Positions 37,087 through 49,468 of a stretch of 64,000 nt of DNA are shown piece after piece; within the stretch, counting starts at the first letter, position 1; the number at the start of each line of letters is the position of its first letter. The stretch covers positions 69,256,001 through 69,320,000 of the forward strand of contig CM059438.1 of the NCBI GenBank assembly GCA_030390025.1, given 5' to 3'. A model generated the notes under the pieces. That model saw only the letters and a program-made list of their open reading frames with translations. It made no database searches and was not told the DNA's origin. The position numbers and the translations under genes were made by a program. This DNA is from Squalus acanthias (lineage: Eukaryota).

Positions 37087-37580
37087 CCTCTGCAAACAAA
37101 AGCCCGCGAAAGTGAGTTTAGATACTCACCGGGCCTCGGCTCTCTCCGCCCCCAACACCAGCCTCTGTAAACAAAAGCCCGCGAAAGTGAGTTTAGATAC
37201 TCACTGGGCCTCGGCTCTCTCCGCTCCCGACACCAGCCTCTGTATACAAAAGCCCGCGAAAGTGAGTTTAGATACTCACCAGGCCTCGGCTCTCTCTACT
37301 CCCGACAGCAGCCTCTGCAAACAAAAGCCCGCGAAAGTGAGTTTAGATACTCACCGGGCCTCGGCTCTCTCCGCTCCCGACCAGCCTCTGCAAAAAAAAG
37401 CCCGCGAAAGTGAGTTTAGATACTCACCGGGCCTCGGCTCTCTCCGCTCCCGACCAGCCTCTGCAAACAAAAGCCCGCGAAAGTGAGTTTAGATACTCAC
37501 CGGGCCTCGGCTCTCTCCGCTCCCGACCAGCCTCTGCAAACAAAAGCCCGCGAAAGTGAGTTTAGATACTCACCGGGCCT
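37087..37580. repeat. Tandem repeat, ~6.7 copies of a 73-75 bp unit, in the CR1 5'UTR
   Basis: Unit starts at 37087, 37162, 37237, 37312, 37385, 37458 and 37531. Confidence 0.95.
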
Positions 37581-37959
37581 CCTGATATAAACTCACCCCC
37601 TTTAGGTTAGAGGAGGTGGAAGGGTGGGGGACACTACAAGTGTAGTGTCTCGGGTTTAGAAACCGCCAACTTATATACAGGTAAAAAAAAAACTTACCCA
37701 GCAACCACTGCGACCCGCACTATTAAAGCAATCACCCTGTATAGCTTTTTAGCCTCGCTGCTCCACTCACTTCTCGCCCAGGTCCGCCGCTGTAAAAGAG
37801 TTATGAATAAGTATCCAACTATTTCAGGGTTGCACAACCAGTAATCTGATGTCCTGTATCGCGATAATGTTGCGTTAAGAAAGCACTGGGATTGTTTATC
37901 TGTTACATAGGTAATCTACTTAGTACATAACTAAAGAGGCAACTTTCAAGAGAAAGAAC

Positions 37960-38165
37960 GTTCTTGCATTAATATAGCATCTGTCATGACCTTGGGATGC
38001 TCCAAAATGCTTCACAGTCAATTAAGTAGTTTTGAAGTGTGGTCACTGTTGTAATGTGGGGAAGCACGACAGCCAATTTGCGCACAGCAAGGTCCTTAAA
38101 AACAGCAATGAGACAAATGACCAGATAGTTTGTTTTAGTTGAGGGATAAATGGTGGCCAGCACAC
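37960..38165 (-). mobile_element. DeuSINE 3' fragment
   Basis: Similar to the 3' half of 39826-40290. Confidence 0.75.
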
Positions 38166-38769
38166 CAGAAAAGCAGGCAATCTCCACAATTTCTAGCCTT
38201 TATGTAGGTTGTTTATTTATGTACAGACACAGACAGATAGGCCTAAGTCTTCACCCTTAAACATATCCTTGATGTCCCATCTTCCATCATCAGACGTGCC
38301 TTCACAAGTCACATTAACACTACATCTCATTAATAGAGTGACACAGGCTTGAAGTGAAGTTACTGAATGCATCCCCTGTTATTTTCTTGCATTTCCATAC
38401 ATAGGTAACTTTTTGTTTGATTAATTCTTGGGATGAAGGTGTCGCTCGCAAAGCCGGCATTTATTGCCCATCCTTAGTTACCCCGAGACGTTGGTGATAC
38501 AACTTCAGAAGGCAGTCAAACCACATTGGTGCTAAACTGGAGTCACATATAGGCTAGATCGGATAAGGACGGTAGGTTTCCTTCCCTAAACGACATCAGG
38601 GAACCAGTTGGGTTTTCACGACAATCTGACAGCTTCATGGTCACAAACGAAAAATCTTCTATGAATCAACGCAATCGGGCAGCATAATAGAACGTAAATG
38701 TTTTTTAAAATTTGCATTAAAAAGTATTGCTTGATATATTTAAGAGTGGAAAACTGGTGCAGTTTTATT

Positions 38770-39548
38770 GGGTGAAATATTACTGACCAACGCGCTGGGA
38801 GTGGGGCGGGCGGGGGGTTCCAGTAGTGCACGGGAAATCCAGAAGTCTGGGTCTTCCCACACAGCGTGGAGATTTAACTCCACAGCGTGCGTATTTCAAC
38901 ATTGACAGGTTCCCCGCCCGGAAGTCAGCCTGATTAACAGGCTTGGATTACAGTCGGGCGTTAAGCACTCTGGAGGAGGACGCAGGAATCAGTTGGTCCA
39001 ATCCCAAGTGGGCATCTGATCCCCGACCCCAGAAGGGGGGTCTGATCCCTGACCCCGGGGAAGGGTCTGATCCCAGGGGGGTTCCAATCCCCGGCCCTCG
39101 AGTGGGGTCCGCTCCCTGGGAGGGCGGGCGGTGTCCGATCCCTGGGGAAGGTTTGTAGAGGGGGGGGGGGTCCGATGGTGAGGGAGCTTGGGGCGCCAGG
39201 AGGAAGCACTCCTGCTCCTCTCAGCCCACAAGGAGTGTTCCCCGAGGCTGTCCTCACTCCTTGCAGCTGCCAGGTTTCCCGAGGCCTGGGAAACGTGGCC
39301 AGCCACAGTAAAACGTACAAAGCAGGTTAAATACAAGGCTTCCAGCCTCATCAGCATATTTAAAATGCCAGCCCACGTCCTGGGAGCGGGTTGGCGGCCT
39401 GCCCCTTGTCCCGCCTTGGGTAAACCAGGGTCGGGGGTGTGAAACCAGCGTTCCCAACACACCTCGAATTTTTGGTCATTTAATCTCCGCCTACACCCAT
39501 TCCCATCCACACCCACTCCCACCCACTCACTCATGTTAAAATTCCCCC
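38770..39548. mobile_element. Probable GC-rich Harbinger-type MITE
   Basis: Imperfect TIRs (GGGTGAAATATTAC / GTTAAAATTCCCCC); a GC-rich island in AT-rich flanks. Confidence 0.45.
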
Positions 39549-39825
39549 ATTAATATAGCTGAAAGTGGGTTTGTCACAAAAAAGAAAATTTTTTAATAAG
39601 AGTGTCTTGTCCTCCATCTGTGAGTAACATGATTTAAAATCACTGAAAATGACTTTAAAAAAAAACTATACTAAACCATTTACTAGTTTCACTGATGTAC
39701 ACTAGTCAGTTTGTTATGAATTAAATAGTTTTTAACGTGTAAAAACTTTTAAAACGTGCCTATGAGTGCCTGTACACCTAACAGTAATGAAAAAAATAAT
39801 GGCACAGTAATGAAGGTAATAGTGT

Positions 39826-40290
39826 CAGCTGTGGCTCAGTTGGTAGCACACTCGCCTCTGAGTCAGAAGTTTGTGGGTCACAGTCCCACTCCAGGGACTT
39901 GAACACATAAAGCTAGGCTGACACTCCAGTGCAATGCTGAGGGAGTGCTGCACTGTCGGAGGTGCCGTCTTTCGGATGAGACGTTAAACCGAGGCCCCGT
40001 CTGCTCTCTCAGGTGGATGTAAAAGATCCCATGGCACTATTTCGAAGAAGAGCAGGGGAGTTATCCCCAGTGTCCTGGCCAATATTTATCCATTAACCAA
40101 CATAACAAAAACAGATTATCTGGTCATTATCACATTGCGGTTTGTGGAACCTTGCTGTGTGCAAATTGGCTGCCGCATTTTCCACATTACAACAGTGACT
40201 CCACTTCAAATAGTACTTCATTGGCTGTAAAGTGCTTTGAGATGTCCGGTGGTCATGAAAGACGCTATATAAATGCAAGTCTTTCTTTTT
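39826..40290 (+). mobile_element. Full-length tRNA-head DeuSINE with L2-type tail
   Basis: A box TGGCTCAGTTGG, degenerate B box, Deu domain GATGAGACGTTAAACCGAGGCCCCG...AAAGATCCCATGGCAC, tail CGCTATATAAATGCAAG. Confidence 0.88.
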
Positions 40291-40307
40291 CTTTCTTTCA
40301 CGAAAGA

Positions 40308-41890
40308 GTGACAAATCCCCAGGGCCAGATGGTTTCCATCCCAAGGTTTAAAGGAAGTACGTGAGCACATTGCAGATGCCCTAACTATAATCTTCCAAAG
40401 TTCTCTAGATTCAGGAACCGTTCCTTTAGATTGGAAAATTGCACATGCCATTCCGCTATTTAAGAATGGCGAGAGAGGGAAACCAGGGAATTATAGACCA
40501 GTTAGCCTAACATCTGTTGTCGGGAAATTGCTAGAGTCTATAATTAAGGATAGGGTGACTGAACACCTCGAAAATTTTCAGTTGATCAGAGAAAGCCAGC
40601 ATGGATTTGTGAAAGGTAGGTCATGCCTGACAAACCTGATTGAATATTTCGAGGAGGTGACTGAAGTAGTGGACAGGGGAATGTCTATGGATGTTATTTA
40701 CATGGACTTCCAGAAGGCATTTGATAAAGTCCCACATGAGAGATTGTTATCTTAGGTAGAAGCCCATGGAATTGAGGGCAAATTATTGACCTGGTTAGGA
40801 AATTGGCTGAGCGGCAGGAGACAGAGAGTAGGGATAATGGGTAGGTACTTAAATTGGCAGGATGTGACTAGTGGTGTCCTGCAGGGATCTGTGTTGGGGC
40901 CTCAACTATTCACAATATTTATTAATGACTTAGATGATGGCATAGAAAGTCATATATCAAAATTTGCCATTGACACAAAGATAGACGGCATTGTAGGCAG
41001 TGTAGATGAAAGCATAAAATTACAAAGGGGTATTGATAGATTAAGTGAATGGGCAAAACTGTGGCAAATGAATTTCAATGTAAGCAAATGTGAGGTCATC
41101 CACTTTGGACCTAAAAAGGATAGAACAGGGTATTTTCTAAATGGCAAAAGGTTAAAAACAGTGGAAGTCCAAAGAGACTGGGGGGTCCAGGTACATAGAT
41201 CATTAAAATGTCATGAACAGGTACAGAAAATAATCAAAAAGGCTAATGGAATGCTGGCCTTTATATCTAGAGGACTAGAATACAAGGGGGTAGTAGTTAT
41301 GCTGCAGCTATACAAAACCCTGGTTGGACCACACCTGGAGTACTGTGAGCAGTTCTGGGCACCACACCTTAGGAAGGATATCATGGCCTTGGAGGGAGTG
41401 CAGCGTAGGTTTACCAGAATGATACCCGGACTCCAAGGGTTAAGTTACGAGAAGAGATTACACAAATTAGGGTTCTATTCCCTAGAATTTAAAAGGTTGA
41501 GGGGTGATCTGATCGAAGTTCTCAGGATATTAAGGGGAACAGATAAGGTAGATAGAGAGAAACTATTTCCGCTGGTTGGGGATTCTAGGACTAGGGGGCA
41601 TAGTCTAAAAATTAGAGACAGATCTTTCAGGAGTGAAATTAGGAAACACTTCGACACACAAAGGGTGGTAGAAGTTTGGTACTCTCTTCCGCAAATGGCA
41701 ATTGATGCTAGATCAATTGTTAATTTTAAATCTGAGATTGATAGCTTTTTGTTAACTAAAGGTATTAAGGGATATGGGCCAAAGGCGGGTATATGGAGGT
41801 AGGTCGCAGATCAGCCATGATCTCATTGAATGGCAGAACAGGCTTGAGGGGCTGAATGGCCTACTCCTGTTCCTATGTTCGTACGTTCCT
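40308..41890 (+). mobile_element. CR1 subfamily C, RT half
   Basis: [20 protein letters not shown] and the C-terminus plus 3'UTR. Confidence 0.92.
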
Positions 41891-42254
41891 AAGAAAACAA
41901 GCTCAATTTCAAGAGGCCCTCGCAAACGGGCACAATCAGCAAAAACTTGTCATGCTCATTATTTTGATCTGGGGGTGTGGCCAGTTTTGTGGGCGGGGCC
42001 AGCTTCAAGCAAAATGAGTTTTAAACCAGCATTAAAAATCACGGAAACTCGATTTATGCTTGACATAATTTATGTTTAAAATTCCCCGAACCTTTGCGCT
42101 GGTTTGGCCGATTTCACCCAGATTGCGCTGATAGAATGGGCGTAAAATTATAAAACTTTACCCCTCTTATGCTTCTGTCCTCTGGTCCTCCCTACTCCAC
42201 CTAGCTCACATTGCCTATCCACGTGGACTGAGTCTAATCTTTTCATTATAATTC

Positions 42255-43776
42255 TGTAAGATTTGGATCACAGGTCACACACAGATTACCCAAAGGGTCT
42301 TAGGAGTTGTAACGCTTTTTATTAGAGAGCTACAGTTTAAGCATAATCAGATACAACTACATGCGATTGAAATAGATACAGTAGACATACAACCCATGAC
42401 AGATGAGGGCGATCTACGACCCTTGAATGGAACTAAATGACCGGATGGATGGATAGACAGTGAGGCAGTACGGTGGTCCCGGATTGGGTGGGTTCCTGCA
42501 GTCTGCGGCAGTGGTCACTTCTGTTGGGTCGTCCCTCGAGCTGTTGGAGGTGTTAGGCCGTCAGCCAGCATTGATCCACCTCAGAGGCTAAACTTGACCA
42601 AGGTGTTAGGCCGTAGCCACCTCAGGGAAGCCTTTGCCCCTAACTGCCTGTTTCCCTCTCACGGTCGTCTGTTTTTACACCTTATTTCGATGGACTGGTG
42701 GATACATGAGTGGAAAAATTGAATCGCGCCCCTTTTGGGGCGCTAACCTCGCCGGGGCGCTACTTTTAGCACCCCAAAAAAATTAGCGCCCCTGCGGCCG
42801 AAATTGAATGGTATCACCCCAAGAGGGAAGCGGGGCACTACTGGAAGCGCTCCGCCTCCCTCTTGGGGCGTTGCGAGGGAATATCGCGGCGCTACCAGCC
42901 GCGGTACTGCAGGCCTTCCTCCCCTTCTTAAAGGGGAGGGGCCTGGCACAGCACGTCCTGGCGCCCAGCTGGGCCACCAGGGATTGGGAGTGCCGTCAAA
43001 CGAGCTCGGCACTCAAGAGGAGTGCTGGGCTCATGGAGAGCAGCCGGCACCCCGCGGGGGAGCTTCACGGGGGCCGGGGACAGCAATGGGAGCAGGTGCT
43101 GGCAGCCGGCCAGCAACAAAAATAGCCTCCCGCCACCTCCCCTTTAACTAGCGCCGCCCCGGCCACAGGTAGGCCCCCCTGACCCCATCGGACATAGTGT
43201 CCGGCGGTAAGTCGGGGGGCACCACCGAAGATCGCAGCCGGGGCGCGAGCGGGGCGCTGCGCACGCCGATGACGTCATCACCGGCGGTGCAGCACTGCAG
43301 GGCGCTAGCGGTTACCGCCGCCGCTAACCTCCTGCTGAATTTCGCGGGAGGCGCTGGCGGCGCCACGCCTGGGAGCTAGTTGCTTTGCGCCCCATTAGCG
43401 CCCTCTTAGGGTGCTAACGGGAGGCACAAAGCAACCGAATTTTTACCCATCCCATTGTCCAATTACAAGGGAGAGGGTACCTCTGACAGTCCCCTCCTAG
43501 CCTCATGAGGTCATGTTGCTCCTTATCTCTCTTCTAAAGGTCTTGTTGCCCTCTCGTAGACAGCTTGTTTATCCTGCAGCTCCTTGCTGCATCCCTTATC
43601 AGGCCTAGTTATTACCACTCGAAGGCCTGTTTTTGTGTTCTGACCTCGTAATTCAGCTCTCTGTACAACTCCTTTTCTGACACAACTGGAATCCTTCTGT
43701 GTCATCAACTTCGGCAAACTGCTGATCTAGTGAACCCGTAACAGACTATTATTTCTTTCATCCACGATTTCATACA
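42255..43776 (-). mobile_element. Solo LTR containing a MITE
   Basis: Ends TGTAAG...CATACA, 4-bp TSD ATTC, minus-strand AATAAA at ~42320. Confidence 0.65.
42709..43448. mobile_element. Harbinger-type MITE (same family as 55292-55912)
   Basis: Termini resemble 36052-36944 and 47066-51119; the interior is shared with the 55 kb copy in the opposite orientation. Confidence 0.8.
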
Positions 43777-43940
43777 ATTCTGTAAAAGGGTTCTGTCCAA
43801 AACATTAATTTATCTCTCTACAGATGCTGATGAACAATTGTGTATTTCCAAAATGTTCTGTTTTGTGTTTTAATAATTTGGTATTTCTCATCCAGTCTAA
43901 CTCTCATCTGTTTGCTCATATTTAGGGGTCTTCATAACAG

Positions 43941-44063
43941 CAATTGTTCTGCTGGTTGACGTATAGTGAAAAGTCTCTAATGAACCCAATGACTAAGCAT
44001 AGCATCAGGGTATACAGTGTCCAGAAAGTGCTCCCATACCAGCCAATTAATCCTCCAGTAAAT
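43941..44063 (+). CDS. Possible host-gene exon (QLFCWLTYSEKSLMNPMTKHSIRVYSVQKVLPYQPINPPVN)
   Basis: Open frame after CAG|; the donor is uncertain and its phase does not join 46591 directly. Confidence 0.3.
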
Positions 44064-45342
44064 GTACGGCGTTTAGAGAAATTCATGTGGCATTTTCTTG
44101 TTAATGGTTCACTTGGGAATCTGTTGCTGTGTTACAGCAATGAGACTTCTGCTTTATTTGTTCATTATTATCATTTCGAAAACTGATTTACACGGTCTTG
44201 GTTTCTCCTTCACTTTACCACACTTAATAGTTTGCATTGTAGTCAGGATGACAAAAAGATAATAAAAGATAGCTTCATCGCTCATGCTCTTCCTATTTTA
44301 TGGCTGGCCTGATACAAATTAAGATTCATGTTATCTTAAGCAATGATTTACTGTTCCATTTGAGAGAAAACAGTTGACTTATTCATAAATTCATGGTAAA
44401 CCCTATTTCCCAGCACTGTCAAACATAAACAAAAGAGATAAATAAACCTTGGTGGTAGAAATGTTGAAGAGTTCCCAGGACTCCCTTTAAAATAATTTAT
44501 GTGTCTCCATTTAATCTCTGTGTTTAAAATGAGCAAGATTTCTTGTCCTTAGAGAACCGTACTTGGGCTGCAGTCATATTTGTAGTCACTTGCTGAAAGC
44601 TCTGTCTCATTTGGGAATGGGAATTTAGAGAAGCTGCTTAATTATTTCCAAATCCATTCTCTTCCCTTGTCTTTGCCAAAATAGTCTTGAAGAATAAGGC
44701 AGAACTACTGGGGGAACATTCGCAAATGTTGGCGGGAATGCACCCCAGCAAGAGGAAACATCAAGGAGGAAACATTGGTACCAAGTGGGCTTCAGAAATA
44801 GTTTCTCACTAGCACCTCTGTGGCTCTGGCTGCAACTCCATTGACCCTCCCCAGCTGAAGCTGTTGGTCCTCTGACCTGAGCTTTAAACCCAATCTGGTT
44901 CATTACCAAGATCTACTCACCGGCGCCCCTACCTCTACTCTCCTCCCCCCTTCCCTACTGCTGCTGAAACCAACATCCATGCCGTCATCGTCTCAATATT
45001 TCAGTTCTCGTATGCTCGTCCTCACTGGCCTTGCCATCTCCGTCATTCACCATTCACAAACTTCAGCTAATTCTGAACTCTGCAGTCTGAGTGCTGTCCC
45101 ACACACAGTCCCATACTGCCCTCCTCACTCCACTGGGTCCCGTCCCCTAGAGAAACTACTTCAAGATCCATGTCCTAATTTTCAGATTCATTGACACTAC
45201 ATAAGGAATCTGACCTTGGGTTACTTGTTCCCAATCCCCTCCACCATCTTTAAAAAATTGTAATGCTGCCTCTGGAATTCCCTTCCTATGCTTCTCCTCC
45301 TTGCTATTTGCTATCAAAAGCCTTCTAAAAACGTACTATTTA

Positions 45343-45540
45343 AGAACATAAGAAATAGGAGCAGGAGTAGGCCATTCGGCCCATCGAGCCTGCTCCGCCA
45401 TTCAAGAAGATCATGGCTGATCTTCTACCTCATCTTCACTTTCCTGCACTATCCCCATAGCCCTTGATTCCCTTAATATCCAAAAATCTATCGATCTCTG
45501 TCTTGAATATACTCAACGACTGAGCCTCCACAGCCCTCTG
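45343..45540 (-). mobile_element. CR1 3'UTR fragment inserted in a decayed L2 tail (~44910-45600)
   Basis: AAGAACATAAGAAATAGGAGCAGGAGTAGGCC terminus. Confidence 0.8.
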
Positions 45541-46590
45541 GGATGTCTTCAGTCTCCCCTCCTCCACCCAAATTCCCTTTATCCTTGCTCGGTGTCCCTC
45601 CTTCCTCCTTGTTAAGATCTCTAACTCATTCGTTCACATGAGGTTTGTTGTTCAATATACTGGGGCAGCCCTGACTGCCAGTTAAAGTCAGAGAAGCGGA
45701 TAGGATGAGTTCACATTTTAAAGCATGATATATGACCTTGATACTGCTTTTGCTTCACTGTGCTATAAACCTGACCGTACTGTAAAATAATTAGTATTAT
45801 AGAGCAGGAGGACAGGTGCAAAACCCCAATTACCGGATGAAAGGAGAATTCTGAACTAGCAAGAAAAAGGATTACGGAGTAGGTTCCACAGAAAGAATTA
45901 GGACCTGGAAAAAAAAAGAAGCGACCATTCATTGGTGTAATAAAAAGAAAATCGGCTAAGGTGTAAAATGGGCTGTCGCCCATTTTTTGCCTAGCAATAG
46001 AAGTTAAAATTACCCTTATTCTTACAGAGAAGGGCAGCATAACTAATTTTTTTACGGCATGTGACATTAGCTGTGCCCGATACTTAGACTTTCACATACG
46101 AGTAGATTACTCTTACGCACTTATCACTAATCATGGGTGTAAAGACATGCAGAGGGTAAAATAAGTGTTCAAAATTGCAATATCAAGGCTGCAGAAACTT
46201 GACGTAGTATAGAAACATAAATAGGGACATTTATAATGTTATTGATAAAAGGAAGCACAGGCCCACCAAGACACCTTGAGGTTACAGAAAATCAAATAAA
46301 TGGATAACAGCATAGACCCAAAGAAAAGAGTATCTTTTGCTCGAGTTACATCTGAACAACAAATTAATAATTTGCACAATTAAGGCGAGAATCCTTGTTG
46401 AAACACATTTGCCATGTCTTCCCCCTGCGGGAATCATGTGTGTATGAGGAATACATCAGTTGAAGACAAGGCTCGTGTTGTCACCAGTTGGAAATGCAGA
46501 GAAAAATTGTAGAGGAACTCCAATTTGAGGTGTACTTAAGATTTATTCACAGTATTACAATTTCAAACTTAGTTCCATGTTTAAATACAG

Positions 46591-46711
46591 AACCATTAAA
46601 ATTAGTGTGGCAGTAATCTGCAAATTCACCAAGACAGCTGATTGTACAGAAAGTTCACCAGACATCAGAGAAGCCCTGAAACAGGAACACAACCTGATTT
46701 GTTTATTACTG
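46591..46711 (+). CDS. Host-gene exon candidate (TIKISVAVICKFTKTADCTESSPDIREALKQEHNLICLLL)
   Basis: CAG| acceptor and CTG|GTATCA donor; ends in phase 0, matching 52890. Confidence 0.5.
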
Positions 46712-47396
46712 GTATCAGGATATTTTCTACCTGCATTCTTATTATTATTTCTACCTTTTGTTATTCCTTCTTGTCCCATTCCCTAGTTTTCTTCCTCCTG
46801 TCCTGAAGGCACCAGTTAGAAGGTCGTGGGTTCAACTCCCACTCCAGAGATTTAAGCACATACTCCAGGCCGACACTCCCAGTGTAGTACTGAGGGAGTG
46901 CTGCACTGTCAGAGGTAGCATCTTTCGGATGAAACGTTAAACCAAGGCCCCTTCTCCCCGCTCAGGTGGACGTAACAGATCCCACGGCAGTATTCGTAGA
47001 AAAACAGGGCAGTTTTCCCACAGTCCTGGCCAACAATAATCCCTCAACTAACACCTAAAACAGATGGGGAGAGTATCGGCCGGGCGCAAAGTTTAGCGCC
47101 TGGCGCTAATTATCACCTCCAACTGCAAACTTGGCTTCTATCGCCCCTGGAGGTGATTGAAGGACTAAATCAGGCGCTACACACTTCTCTTAAGGCGCTA
47201 ACGCCGAGGAGCGAGGCGCTACCTCAGAGCGCTGGCGAAGCTCAGGTGATGTCAGTTAGCAATGGAACACAGACACACTGGCGCCGGCCAGTTCTTAAAG
47301 GGGAGGGTCGATCTTGCTCTCCAGCCACACCCTGCTCATTGCAGCCTTGAATCTCGGCCTGGACAGACCTGAACTTGAATTCTGCTGCAAAGAAGA

Positions 47397-49153
47397 ATGG
47401 AGAGGCCCAGGGAACGAGCTCAGCGCTTCAGCGACCGGGCCTTGGTGGCTCTGGTTGGTGCAGTGGAGTGCCGAAGATCAGTACTCTACCCACAGAGTGG
47501 CAGGAGGCCATTGCCACGCGATTATAGAAGAGTGTGGAGGGAGGTGGCTCAGCATATCTCCTCCAGGAGCATGGTGCCCAGGACCCACACCCAATGTCGG
47601 AAGAAGTTCAACGACCTCACTCAGGTGGTCAGGGTGAATGGCTGCTTTTCAATACCTCTACATCCCTCCATCTCAACTTCGCTCTGTGCCCAGTAGGTTT
47701 AAAAACCCCAAATGCCCAACACTCATCCAAGAGCTATGGCCATCTCATAAAACACACACGCACATTCCACCCCTTGCATATATTAAGGGCTATTCAACTA
47801 TGGGAGACACATCAGGCAAGCACATGGCTGCATATATTAAGGGCTATTCAGCTATTGAAGGCACATCAGGCAAGCACATGGCTGCACATTTACTCAGACG
47901 CCATCCCTTTTCTTGCAGGACAAGCTATCTCACAACAAGCGGTAGTAGCAATGGACGGGTGGAGGGCGGCCTCAGCTGCAGACCCTCAGCGATTTGGAGG
48001 TGCGCGTCCACAGGATCGTTGCCAGCCAGGGGATCAGTGCCGTGGCCGCTAGAGAGGTCGCCCCCCTTGGGGACAACAATGGTAAGTTCATCAGCTTTCT
48101 CTCCTCTCTCATTCCACTTGCCCCTCACAACACCAGCCTTTTACACTTTCAATCCAACTAAATCGCTCTCGTCCTGACGCTAAAGCCACTCTTGTACCTC
48201 CCTGCTTTCAGATTGTGAACCACCAGCTGAGCAGCCTGTCCCTCAACCAAGCAGTGGGAGCGACGGCCCAGGCGAGAAGGAAGAGGAAGCCGGAGCCTCA
48301 GCGCCAGCGTCTCCCGAGGGAGCCCATAGCCACACTGGGGCCACGTCTTCCCTGGAGGGGAGCAGGGGGGCAGGGTCTGCTGAGGGTGAAGCTCCGGGAC
48401 CCAGCGGGCTGCAGCAATGCCATGGGGGTAGGGAAGCTCGGGGGCCATCTCCCCAGAGGGAGAGTAGGCCAGCAAGTCCTGCTGCACTGGACGCAGAGGA
48501 GGAGCGCTTCATCGCGGAAATGAATACCCAGGTGGTGAACATGCACACTGAGCTCATGGGTGCAATGAGAAATGTGCCCGAAAGCATTGATGGACTGGCA
48601 AGGAGTGTGGAGCACTCCGCTGCAGCACAGGCCGACGCAACACAACAGCTTAGTGCTGTAATTCAGTCACTGGCTGCTGCGATCCAATCTCAGACTGCTC
48701 TCATGCAAGCATTGACTGCTGCCATCGTCGATGGTTCGGCCACATTGCCCCGGGCTCTCACGGTGCCGCAGCAGGCCAGCAATCTGTGCTCGAGCAGATT
48801 GCTCCGGATGCTGAGGTGCTGCCCCGTGGAAGTACCAGTGTGTCAGTTGAGCAGGAAAGTGCTGTCCTCTCTCAGGATGACAGCATTCCTGCTCCCACCA
48901 CTGTCACTTCCCCATTGCCCTTGCAACACAGCCAGCCCAGACTGCTGCCGCCCATGCAGAGTTGGTGCAGTCTGCAGCCGGGGCCTCCAGGCCCAGAGCT
49001 GGTCGAGGGCGTCCTTCAAGAGCATCTGTAGTCTCAGGATCTGACATTCAGCAGCCTTCCACCAGCCTTGCTGCAGCCACTGGGGCCCCATTACGGAGGG
49101 TGGGAAGGGGGGAAGTGCGCAAGGGATGGAGATCACCCTCGAAGGGCAAATAG
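47397..49153 (+). pseudogene. Harbinger Myb/SANT-like DNA-binding protein, 3 exons (47397-47633, 47919-48081, 48212-49153)
   Basis: RFSDRALVALVGAV...WREVA...RTHTQCRKKFNDL; GT-AG introns in compatible phase; TAG TAG at 47943-47948 and frameshifts after ~48750. Confidence 0.85.
47775..47886. repeat. 54-bp tandem duplication in Myb intron 1
   Basis: TGCATATATTAAGGGCTATTCA...CAGGCAAGCACATGGC occurs twice. Confidence 0.9.
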
Positions 49154-49468
49154 TAGGAGGTCTAAATAAATGGTGGGAATGTTTGCAGTAAAGTTCGAGG
49201 TTCATCTGACAACATTTGTTTAGTGTTTTGGCGTTTATCTCCAGCTTGTGAGAACCAGTTATGTTAATTAATGATTTATCGTGTTTGTTTCTATTAGTTT
49301 GTCCTGAATAAATGACACACACAGAGTTTGTTAAATAAAAAAGTTGTTGCATTCAAAATGTACATGTTTGGCCTTTGGAATCATTGCAGCTTTGGCCGGC
49401 TATAGGGGTTGCGGGTTGCTTTCCATGATGTTGTTCTCCATGCCAGAAGCCATCTACTGAGTAGGGGC

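Larger units (their letters stand above)
31828..37795 (-). mobile_element. Full-length CR1 LINE subfamily B
   Basis: 5'UTR with tandem repeats, ORF1, ORF2, 3'UTR and TTCTTATG tail; the 5' boundary is approximate. Confidence 0.93.

Noticed and set aside
37087..37580. CRISPR-like array or coding repeat (135-aa ORF)
   Set aside because: Units are contiguous with no unique spacers, there are no cas genes and the context is eukaryotic; the ORF is a by-product of the 75-bp period.
39826..39900. tRNA gene
   Set aside because: It is the head of a SINE: the B box is degenerate, it continues into the Deu domain and I could not build a full cloverleaf.
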